From IMG/VR virus record IMGVR_UViG_3300025921_000010: a stretch of 20,000 bases of DNA; one strand, given 5' to 3'. This document shows, piece after piece, positions 8,301 through 17,500 of this stretch. Source of the DNA: an uncultured virus (IMG/VR IMGVR_UViG_3300025921_000010) (taxonomy: Duplodnaviria; Heunggongvirae; Uroviricota; Caudoviricetes; Crassvirales). Both the position numbers and the translations under genes were made by a program. Every line of letters begins with the position of its first letter. Within the stretch, counting starts at the first letter, position 1. The notes under the pieces are model-generated. The model made no database searches. It was not told where the DNA came from and was given only the letters and a program-made list of their open reading frames with translations.

Positions 8301-8743
8301 GCAATGACCTATACTCGTTTAAAGACGGGGCGTTATACAGTCATAACCAAAATACCACTACATTCTACGGAGTACCGTTTAAATCGCAACTGATGTTCTC
8401 GGCAAATCCCGGAGCAATACATACTTTTTACTCTCTCGGACTTGAAAGCAACAAAGTTCCTTCATGGGTACATTTTAGAACCGAAGACCCGTACACACAA
8501 AGTTCAGACCTTATAACTACGGATTTCATAGTAAAAGAAGGAGTTATAGGGGCTTCATTATTGAGAGACCGCCTTTCACCGAATGCTATCGGAGACTACA
8601 ATAAAAAAGAAGTAACAGGCGATAGATTAATTGGTAAAGCCCTTCTCATAATGTTAGAATACGAATTTCAAACTGATACTTCCAAACTTCAATTAAGAAT
8701 CATAGATGTAGGTAATAATGTAAGAACAGAGTATATCAAATGA
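5324..8743 (+). CDS. Tail stabilization / muzzle protein (P22 gp10-like, crAss-like), TTG start
   Basis: N-terminal F..GLNADDD...KGQWVNASNIR, LLYWTDNKNEPRRLN, NRQFFANN, GTSNPES, IIGGFDPYHKE and FYGV motifs. Beta-rich 1139-aa protein following the ring genes. Confidence 0.8.
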   Translation: MDNYRKIFNEGLNADDDFSVISKGQWVNASNIRTFTTDSGATGRVENVGGTSLIFSSLPAGTNKCIGAVADDSQKFIVFFNWNDTEATDIRDTQTIVHKSHGIYCLYNGVPYTVLLDVDAVGGLNFDKYYRIDSNCKISGDLLYWTDNKNEPRRLNLKAAINAYHANTFPSVTPYALRLAPENITVIRRAPQLPLECTKAVGADLGVTVVQNFIKNLSLQFCYYYVFRDYETSVTSTRSLLFNYNFDEENFDVIDIKIPLLEKIQQDVSEVYLVAQNKESTKYFIIKKWSKENTSDLSAINLHNSGTKQLEFIFKGDYFGAALDDVFSTKLYESIPLLSKTLELAKNRQFFANNLVGYNTPAITSLTTSILQGGTTSETDNVYWTDFFISIHGTPQNMGSGAINFDYHYNVVKLPSASNGYYTLADNTMPATADFSDMIFAGNTLDEVSQYFVFDIMRLNPGYDIDVMDNSLNDTTTPVTVSNIGLIVPLTGRFFKTDSTYKVSIEFLDGFQRKCGVVDVTNTITIPTRKFTYDSYYTYIKWTLSNSNALIEIPEWATHYQIVITQSRNILFFIEGVATKYAYVKKDDAGLYTYTDTVPDDDYVGLAVDLSELLNNNIGYTYQDKDLAVIYRDSVPAIYTEVIGTDGKWVILNYKDIGTIATTPAPFVYEIRSPKTQGSDDVFYEVSQCYPITNAGTSGRVFSTLTGQVRGDTYIVKRTVGGTDYYMESISPNDKHPLTWFTDAGRPNAVDNIGQKLLPDNICFSDVLIEGTKVNGLSSFSTLNVTDLESENGSIQKLQLSNKVQSDGTVMLAICQDETVSMYLGEQELFDTQGSAYVAQATGVIGSHKALKGSLGTSNPESVFEYNGLVFWWDIRNGCAVQYADNGLSPISSKKLVRAANLFSNKFASLTKAEIEALGSNPFIIGGFDPYHKEVLFTIPSTETPPKGYLEDFNVVYPYDIYDGQGKTLVYKNPTDMWFGSMSFQAEQFVKMGNDLYSFKDGALYSHNQNTTTFYGVPFKSQLMFSANPGAIHTFYSLGLESNKVPSWVHFRTEDPYTQSSDLITTDFIVKEGVIGASLLRDRLSPNAIGDYNKKEVTGDRLIGKALLIMLEYEFQTDTSKLQLRIIDVGNNVRTEYIK

Positions 8744-8904
8744 AAGACGTAAAGTGTCAATGTGGTAAAAAAGCCGTTCAGTTCTTCCCTAAATATTCAG
8801 TCGAAGAAGGTAAAGACATATCAAAACCGTATTGCGCATCCTGTCTTGCTAAAATGAGAAAAGAAGTAGCCGAAGATATTATGAAGAACGGAAGGCTGAA
8901 TTAA
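8740..8904 (+). CDS. Small putative zinc-finger protein, 54 aa (MKDVKCQCGKKAVQFF...PYCASCLAKMRKEVAEDIMKNGRLN)
   Basis: Manual translation. ATGA overlap with the muzzle stop; CxC-X23-CxxC pattern. Confidence 0.75.
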   Translation: MKDVKCQCGKKAVQFFPKYSVEEGKDISKPYCASCLAKMRKEVAEDIMKNGRLN

Positions 8905-8906
8905 TT

Positions 8907-8957
8907 TTTCTCCCCTAAAATTACGATACATTATGTATCATCGGTTCTAACTTTGTT
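8907..8957 (+). promoter_or_regulatory. Class B promoter module with palindrome GATACATTATGTATC (8925-8939) and -7 box TAACTTTG (8948-8955), no divergent partner
   Basis: Fourth copy with 8/8 spacing; heads the internal virion protein operon. Confidence 0.8.
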
Positions 8958-8976
8958 CTGACTAAAATAAAGTACT

Positions 8977-9705
8977 ATGCCGGGATTTCCAATGCTTGAT
9001 GCTGCCGGAGCCGTTTCTTCTCTTATAGGAGGAATATTTAAAGGTATTCAAGGCCATAAACAACAAAAGATGGCTAATGCGATTCATCCGGTGAACGCAG
9101 TGTATCACGTCTCTCCTTACGCTCAAAACCAATTATCTACTGTTCAACAGATGATGAACGGACGTATGGCGGGAGCAGGAGCAGAAGAACAAAACATTCA
9201 GGGGAATTTCGCTAACTCAATGGGAGGTGTGGATAGAAACTCTACCAGTGGAGCACAATCTCTTGCGATGCTGGCGGGACTAAACGGGAATGCTAATCAG
9301 GCTTTTAGTCAACTCGCCCAACAGGAAGCCATGAATAAACAAAATATGCTCGGACAACTATATTATGCTAATCAGGGGATGACACAGGAAAACCAGAATG
9401 TTTATCAAGACCAGTTAAGAAACTATAACAACGACTTACAGGCTAAAAATGCCCTTCAAAATGCCGCATGGAACAATAAAGGTGGAATGATAGATAGTTT
9501 TCAAAATGCTTTAGTACAAGCAGGAAATATGGGGCAAAATGGGGCTTTTAGTGGTGGTGGTGGTGGTGGAAATCCTACTGCGATGATTTCAGGAGGTAGT
9601 ATGCCACAAGTAGGTAGTTATGCAGGTCAATTAAGTGGTGGTTCTTATATAAATCCATTTATGATGAACCCACAACAGAATTATACTAACCCTTTTATAA
9701 GATAA
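8977..9705 (+). CDS. Putative internal virion/ejection (pilot-like) protein
   Basis: Gly/Ala-rich hydrophobic N-terminus and Q/N/A/M-rich helical body. First of three size-ascending genes after the muzzle, as in podovirus ejectosome modules. Confidence 0.65.
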   Translation: MPGFPMLDAAGAVSSLIGGIFKGIQGHKQQKMANAIHPVNAVYHVSPYAQNQLSTVQQMMNGRMAGAGAEEQNIQGNFANSMGGVDRNSTSGAQSLAMLAGLNGNANQAFSQLAQQEAMNKQNMLGQLYYANQGMTQENQNVYQDQLRNYNNDLQAKNALQNAAWNNKGGMIDSFQNALVQAGNMGQNGAFSGGGGGGNPTAMISGGSMPQVGSYAGQLSGGSYINPFMMNPQQNYTNPFIR

Positions 9706-9706
9706 T

Positions 9707-11323
9707 ATGGGCGCACCAGGATCAGGAGCTTTAAATGCGGGATATGCAGTTACCTACGGTGACTTAGGGGAAACTAACCGGATGAACCTTGTAAACCTGT
9801 TAGACAGACAGAGGCAGGAACGTCAGGATAAGATTGATGCACAGAAAGAGGCAGACAAAGCACACCAGTTTGCCCTTCAAAAATATTACGGTACAGAGCT
9901 TGACCCTTCTAAATACCAAACATCAACTCCATTAGACCAGTTTATAAATCCGGCAGCAAGTCAATCCCTTAAAGACATTTCTGACCTTATTTATAAAGGA
10001 GCAAGTGATGAAGATGTAGAAAGTGCCGCTAATCAGGCAACCAGTGAGTTGCAAAATATGTATCAGATAGGAACGTCGATAAAAAATAATATTGCAACTT
10101 CTGCTAAAGGATTAGAAGGTGATCCCGGGATAGATCAGGGTGCGTTACAACTGCACTCTAACTTAATGGCGTTTTATAAAAAAGACCCAACAACCGGACA
10201 TATCATACCTAAGACAAAAGAAGAAATAAAGCAATTAGACCCTCAATACAATTACGCAGCTGATATTCTACAGAATCATCCAGAATGGGTGGCGAAGGAC
10301 AAAGGCAATGTGGATTGGATTGGAATGAAAAAATTATTTACCCCTTCAAGTGTTGACGTATCAGGAACACACTACACTTCTCCGGGAGTAAAAAGTAAAC
10401 ATGATGCCAAAGCTACCATATATGATGGATTGCAAACTTTGACCAAAGATGATAGTGGAGCATTTAAGGTTTCGACCCTATCCGACCCTATAATAACGAC
10501 AGATGCTAATGGTAATCAAGTGAAGATAGACGCAATACCACAAAGCACGCTTAATACCCTACAAAAAACTCCGGGAGCAAAAGCGAATATGGACGTAGCA
10601 ACCCAAAGGTGGCTTGCTCAAAATTACCCAGACCAACCACAGCCAGCACCGGGAACACAGCACTTTGAAGACATGAAGCGTATTATGGGTTTTCAAATGA
10701 TGAAAGATTTCGGAGCCAAAGCAATAAGTGATAAGACTGATGAAAACAGGTCAGCATTGCGAATAAGACTGGATTTAGGAGGTTCTCTACCGGGTCAAGG
10801 TAAAGAAGTTAAAGATGGTAGTACCCCCGACATTTCAGCCTCATTCAAAGATATAAATGGCGCAGACTTCCAAAGTTCTGATGGGAAAGTAAATGGAACC
10901 ATAGAGAATGGCGTATTTCAACCGGCGAAGAAAAGTCTTTTTTCTCCTTTATTTGGAGGAGGATATAAAGCAGGACAGGAAATAACCGGAACTATACCTG
11001 TAGATAAGTTACCTGCATCAGTTTATAAAGCGGCACAGTCTTATATTTCTAATAATGATATTACCGGAGAAACTGTTCCAGGAACTGATAAAGACGGAAA
11101 TCCAACGAGCAAAGAAATACCAACCGGACGTGTAAAAGTTAAGATTGGCGGTGACGGTCAAATACAAGCAATAAGAACTGATAAAGGATGGTTTGATGTT
11201 GGGGATAGAGAAAATGCCAACGTAAACCTTCTTAATAAGACACGCAGCATAAAAAATAAAATAGAAGGAAAGTTGCCTGACGCAAAAACTAAAAAAACAG
11301 CAGCCGATTACGGCTTAAATTAG
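9707..11323 (+). CDS. Putative internal virion/cargo protein (538 aa)
   Basis: Long ORF with 1-nt gaps to both neighbours, N-terminal coiled coil, position in the ejection module. Confidence 0.6.
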   Translation: MGAPGSGALNAGYAVTYGDLGETNRMNLVNLLDRQRQERQDKIDAQKEADKAHQFALQKYYGTELDPSKYQTSTPLDQFINPAASQSLKDISDLIYKGASDEDVESAANQATSELQNMYQIGTSIKNNIATSAKGLEGDPGIDQGALQLHSNLMAFYKKDPTTGHIIPKTKEEIKQLDPQYNYAADILQNHPEWVAKDKGNVDWIGMKKLFTPSSVDVSGTHYTSPGVKSKHDAKATIYDGLQTLTKDDSGAFKVSTLSDPIITTDANGNQVKIDAIPQSTLNTLQKTPGAKANMDVATQRWLAQNYPDQPQPAPGTQHFEDMKRIMGFQMMKDFGAKAISDKTDENRSALRIRLDLGGSLPGQGKEVKDGSTPDISASFKDINGADFQSSDGKVNGTIENGVFQPAKKSLFSPLFGGGYKAGQEITGTIPVDKLPASVYKAAQSYISNNDITGETVPGTDKDGNPTSKEIPTGRVKVKIGGDGQIQAIRTDKGWFDVGDRENANVNLLNKTRSIKNKIEGKLPDAKTKKTAADYGLN

Positions 11324-11324
11324 T

Positions 11325-11507
11325 ATGAACGATCCACGACTTGATTATATTAGTAAAGTTTATAGCGCATTACAAGATAATGTTAGTGGTTTTAATAAAA
11401 CTCCCGGCGATTTTTTAGATTCAATGAACGACCCCAACTACAGAAATAAGGTTTATTCAGCTTTAAAAGATAACGTTCAAGGTTTTAATAAATCACAGCA
11501 AGACTTT
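11325..11507 (+). repeat. Two tandem ~31-33 aa repeats at the N-terminus of the giant protein (MNDP..Y..KVYSAL.DNV.GFNK...DF)
   Basis: YISKVYSALQDNVSGFNKTPGDF versus YRNKVYSALKDNVQGFNKSQQDF. Confidence 0.9.
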
Positions 11508-14500
11508 GAGAGTATAACTGCTCAAAAAAAAAATTCTTTACCGACTTCAACTCCTTCAAAGTATGTGGCCGCACCGGAAGATACAGAAGATTCACAACCT
11601 TCTTCGGCCGTTGCTACGCCTTCGCAAAGTCAATCAGGTTCCGTAGCCCAATCATCATCACAAGGAACGCAGCCAGTACAACCACAGCAGCAACCGACTA
11701 AACCACCGCCTTTTGACCCGAATACGTTCATGCGTCAATCAAGGGCGAACGTAATACAACAACCTGTACAAGATAATACTTTAGCAGTACAGCCTCAACA
11801 AACTAAGGCTGCTATTGACAGCCAATTAGAGAAACCGGAATATCAGAAACGAAAAGCCGAAATTAATAAAGAAGCGGTAATCAATTCTACAGCTCAATAT
11901 CTCAAAAATAAAGGAATAAACGCTCCAGTAGGTTCTGCTCAATTTAATCAGCAACTTGCCAAAACACAAGAATTAGTTAATAGTGGGCAAGCTACCGTTG
12001 CTATCAATCCTGACGGACAAATAGGGCTAAAAAGAGTAACAGGATTCTTAGAGAACATTAAGAATGGATGGGACGAGGCAACTAAGAGTGCAGATGAAGC
12101 TAATGACTTCACTAATAATATGACTACTCAACAAAGAGTAGATTATGTTAAATCGCACGATATACCACAACCTGACCAATTTATAGGAGAACAACCTTCT
12201 ACTTTGGGTTCTTTAGGGCATTTCATGGGTGGCGCTGCTCCGTTCTTAGGCAAAGCCGCCGTAGGTGCAGGTATAGGCGCTCTTGCAATAGCTGGTGCTC
12301 CTGAAAGTATGGGTGCTTCACTTACAGGATTACCAACGGCCATGTCTTTCATCCTTACTGCACCCGATATGGCGAATCAGGGAGCGCAACAAGAAATAAT
12401 AAGGAGATACCAGATACTCAAAAATCAGAATCCAGATATGTCCGATGTGGACGCAATGGAGGAGGCGGGTAAAGGTGCTCTTGTAGGAGGTATAGGTGGA
12501 ATTTTAACCAATGCTGCCTTAATGGGTACTGGACTTAAAACACCCCTTTCTCTCGAAGCAAAAGGAGTTGTAGGGAAGACTTTGCAGGAAGTAGGAAAAT
12601 CAGCAGTTCACATGGGAGGCGTATCAGCGGGAGTAACAGCGGCGCAACAACTCGAAGGTGAAGCAGAGGGTATTCATACTTCAACATCCGATAAATTAAA
12701 AGCAATAGAGGACAGTTTTAAAGAAAATGCTACCACAGGGGCTATGCTTACAGCTTTGATGCACGGAGTACCCAAGATAATGGAATCTGCCATTAAATAC
12801 TCCTTAAAAGACACACCTCCTGACCAGATAAGAAACGTACTTCAAGCTAATGAAAACGCCGGAACTGTACCAGAAGGTACTACCGAAAAGGTAATGAAGG
12901 ACATAAGTTCTTATAATGACGCTCTTAATAAAACAGTTGATGGACTTTCCCCCGAAGCCACCGCATCCGTCGCAGGATTAATACAGAAGAAAAACAGCCT
13001 TATCGAAGAATCCAAAACAAAAGACGATTCGTTCAAACCTATCTATAAGGAAAAGATTGACGCCATAGACCAACAAATACAAGACATTCAAAGAACAGGC
13101 AAACCATTTGAACATGAGATAGACGAAGTAACAGGCAAACCTTATCAACAACCTACTTATGACGATGTAGCCCAACAACAAGTACAGGATTTAGCAAATA
13201 ATATCGCTAAAGGAAAGAGAGTAGAAAAACCAGAAGATTTACAAACAGAAGCTAACTTCCCGAAAGAACTTGAAGATGAACTTCAAAACAGATTAAAAGA
13301 AGATCAGCAAGCAGGTAAAGAAAATTCAGGCGTACAACAAAATATTAATTCTTTCTTAAAGGATAAACAGCCGACCATTCAGAGTGCCGTAATAACTATC
13401 AACGGTAAAACTTATGAAGGCGAAAACCATGCAGAGGCTATATTAAAAGCCAAACAAGACGGGCAGGATATTTCACAAGTGGATAGACAAGGTCAAGGTC
13501 AATTTAAGTTATCTGACGGCACAATAATCAGCAGAGATGAAGCTAAACAACGTTTCGGACAAGATAGGGCTGAACTACTAATACCACAAGATGAAGCAGC
13601 AAAACAAGCAGATAAGCAATACAGGGAAATAACTACTCCGAGCAACGAAGAACCTGCTCCCGTAAGAGCAGCAGATAAACCGGTTGAACCCGTAAGTTCT
13701 CCGGTTATTTCTGATAAAGAAGAAGAGGCTTTGTATGGAAAGAAAGGTGAGCCAAGAGTAAAATTAGATTTCTCCTCAAAAGGTAAAAATATAGTAGAAC
13801 CTCCTAAGCCTATTTCAGAAATGAATAGTGATGAATTGTACGATTATTCCCAACAGGTTAAAAAGGCTCTCGCAAAACAGGATAAAGAATTTGAAGGTAA
13901 AACAGATGACGAAAAAGAAGCCGCAGGTTATTATGATTATGTTGATAATGTAAGTGATTTAAGAGATACAGCGCAAAGGGTAAACTTTGTTGAAAATTCA
14001 GAAAACCTTGACGAATTGGCTTCATCTACAAAATCAGCATTGCGTGATTTTAATAAAGATAATCCTTCTGACGAATCTTTAGCTATATTAAACGCCGCAA
14101 AAAATAAAGCGGAAGAAATGAATATTGCGCCTGAAGATTTGATAAAGGCTGTTATAAAAAAAGTTGGCAATGATTATAAAGATAAAGATGATGCTGAATT
14201 TATGATGCGCAGCTATCTTGAAAAAATAACACCAAAAGAATCTTCTTCCAGTAAACCAACAAATACAGAAGAAAATAATTCTTCAAATAAACCGGAAGTA
14301 GTACCTTCAACCCCCGATTTAGAAGGTTTTGGTGGTAGAGGTGGAAGAAACAGGCTTTACGAAAGAGTGAAAAACATAGACGAACCCACTGATATTGATG
14401 GTAAAATATTACATTACTTCGCAGGAGGTGGTAAAGTTCATCCTGAAAGTTTCAGCAAGGAAGTAGTAGGGATGAAAAGAAAGGGGTATGGCGACAAAGA

Positions 14501-17500
14501 AGGTTCTTATCCGTCCGAAGTAAAAGGTAATACGCTTGTAAAGGCTACTGATGAAAATGGCAAACCAAATCCGACTATTAAACAGCTTTCAGAATCATTT
14601 GGTGACGGTACAAACGACCAAGAAATCAGAAATAAGATTATCGATGTTTTACAATCTCATGGAAGCAGAGAATCAGCGGCAACAGAACTTATAAACAGGT
14701 ACGATCAGGAATATATAGAAGCTAAACATCAAAAAGAAGAAAACGAATATTGGGAAGGGCTGCATAAACAAGAAGTAGCGGCAGAAGAAAACTACCTCAC
14801 AGAGAAAGGAAAAGAACAAGATGAAATCGAGCAAGACCCAGAGTATATTAAACACTTAATAAATCAATATGAAACTGAAACAGTTCCGGCAAATGATAAG
14901 CGGTCTGACACCGGAAGTAAGGCAGAAAGTGGTGAGGCACGTAGCACTCCAAAGGACACTCAGCCAGAGGGGATTGATAAATCCGAACGACCAAGTGACC
15001 TACGAGGATCTTCAGAAGATAAGCCAGAACCAGATAAAGGCAAACCAGAAACTCCTAAAGGGAAAATAGGCGACCCTTTACGTCATTTTGCTGACATTGT
15101 AGAGAGAGGAAAAATCTCCAAATTAGGGGGCTTTAGAGCCTCAACAGGCTTCGATGCTGTTTGGGATGGTTCATTAACTGTTGTAGCAGAAACACTCCGT
15201 AAAACGGCTGATTTAGCCGATGCTATACAAGCCGGACTTGAACACATTAAAAATTCAGATTGGTATAAAGGTCTTACAGATAAAAAAGACTTCGATGAAA
15301 AATATGTTGCTCACTTAGAAGGTGAGTATAGTAAGTTCAAAGAACAACCCAAAGAACAAAATGAACAGGAAGGAAAATCCGGTACACTCGGTATTTCACA
15401 TGAAGCACTTAATGACCTTGCTCAAAAAATAGGATTGCCTGAAATTGAGAGAGGCAAATCGTATGATCCAAAAGAACTTGCCGACAGGGGGCGTAAATTA
15501 CTCAATGCAGGAGCAGACCCAAATAAAATAGCAGATACCTTTTATACTAATGGACGTACTGATGAAAATGGAGTGTCAGTAATACGAGCCAAGATAGAGC
15601 AACTATTCAAAACAGGAGAACAAATTACTGATAAGGAAAGCACTTCATTTAAAGAAAATTTCGACCAGTTATCTAAGTTCATGCAGGTAGAAAAAGATAT
15701 GGGTACTTTCGCTCATAGGGTAATGAAATCCTTTCAGGGGCAACGTGACATAGACACTGATTCTTTTGTTTATGTATCAATGGCTGCGCAGCGTAAATTA
15801 GGAAGGGAATTAAATAGCGAGGAAAAAGCTAAAATTGATGGCCTTACAAAACAGGTATCAAATCTAAAAAATAAAGTAAATGAGTACGAAGAAAGGCTTA
15901 AAAATGCGATCGATAAAGATTTAACAGGGGAAAGTAAACCAGAAGTCAAATTGTCTATTTCAGAGAAGGCAAAGAAACTCGCAGACGTAATCAGAAAAGG
16001 GAAAGCTCATAAACCAGGCGTATTCAGTGCCGCTACTCCCGCAAGCCTTGTATGGGATGCGGCCGTTGAAACAACCGCACAAGTGGTAGAGAAAGGCGGC
16101 CAGTTAGTAGATGCTATCCAAAAAGGCGTTGAATACATTAAAGGGACGGATTGGTATAAAGGACTTTCCGAAGATAAAAAGAAAGAAGCAGAGGACGCTT
16201 TCGTTAAGGCGCACAGGGATTCAGAAGGCACTTCACTTGAAAGCCTTCAAGAGATGCTCGCTGACAAAAAGGGAGACAAGTTTACACCACAGGAAGCTAA
16301 ATCAATTTGGGATTACGCAAAGACACAATACTTAAATAAAGGCGGTGACTATCTTCAAATGTTATCAGGAGTAGCTAATGATTTAGGTTACACGATGACG
16401 CAGGTAAGTAAAGCTATCATTACTCCCAAAACACAACGTATTTCGGATGAAATGTGGAAACAAAGAAGCGAACTTTACAAAAATAGATCGTCTGTAAAAA
16501 GATGGCTTGATAATAAGGGCGGCAATCTGGCTTACAAAGGATTTAAAACTGCTATCGATACGTTTAGAGAAGCTGCGGTATTTGGTCATGGTGCCATCTT
16601 CATTGGAACCCACGCAATGCCTACTTTCTTTGACATACCAAGAGCTAAATATGCAATAAAGGGATTTTTTAATGCTTATAGAGCAGCTTACGGAAAGACA
16701 GGTAATTATGAGTTAATGATAGCAGATTTGAAAAATTCGCCTAACTATCTCAAAGCACAGCGAGCCGGACTACAAAACAATCCTGAACGAATTGGCTCAG
16801 ATACTGAAATTATCAGCCATCACTTAAAATGGTTTACAGAAGCAGGAGAAAGAGGGTTTAATGCCATCAAAATACTAAGACAGAATTTATTCGATTCTCA
16901 TTATAACGCTTTACCGGAAACCCTAAAACAAGACCCGACAGTATTAAAAGAAATAGCTCAGATAATAAATAATGCCACAGGCGCAACAAACGCTAAAGTA
17001 CCCAACTGGATGAGAGAGGTAACTTTTGCAGGTGGTATGGAAATTTCAAGATGGGAAAGAATTATAAAAAACCCTGCTAAGGCGGCTGATATATTAGCGA
17101 AGGTAGCCAAAGGAAATGCAACTCCTGCTGAAAAAGTATTTTTAAGAGTTTGGGCAACAAGGGCTGGAACAATAGCGGGTGTTTACACTTCTGCATTAAT
17201 TATGAACAATGCGATTAACGCCTACCTGTACCCCGATGATGATAAGAAAAGAATTAATTTCTTCAACCCATCTAAAGGGGATTGGTTTAAATTAAAATTC
17301 GGAAGTGTAGTAATTGATCCGACTTCCGGTATGGGTACAAGTTTAAGGTTTTTAACTACGATTGCCTCCATGCCATTTCACAGTGAAGATTATATTAAAT
17401 CTCACAATCAGGGGGACAACCGAAAAAATGCACTTGCTAAGAAAGTCTTGGGTTATGGATTAGGAAAACTTTCTCCCGGATATACCACAATTGGAGAATT

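Noticed and set aside
9553..9570. (GGT)5 GGA microsatellite
   Set aside because: It encodes an in-frame poly-Gly linker in a Gly-rich protein; length changes would not shift the frame, and nothing suggests a special function.
15742..15765. DIDTD (DxDxD) in the giant protein as an RNA polymerase catalytic motif
   Set aside because: It lacks the surrounding NADFDGD/GSDFDID context and sits in a helical, coiled-coil region, so it is likely a chance match.
16111..16335. Second +1-frame ORF (74 aa) inside the giant gene
   Set aside because: It overlaps the conserved DWYKGL repeat domain, has no A-rich initiation region, and has a K/R-rich shadow-frame composition.
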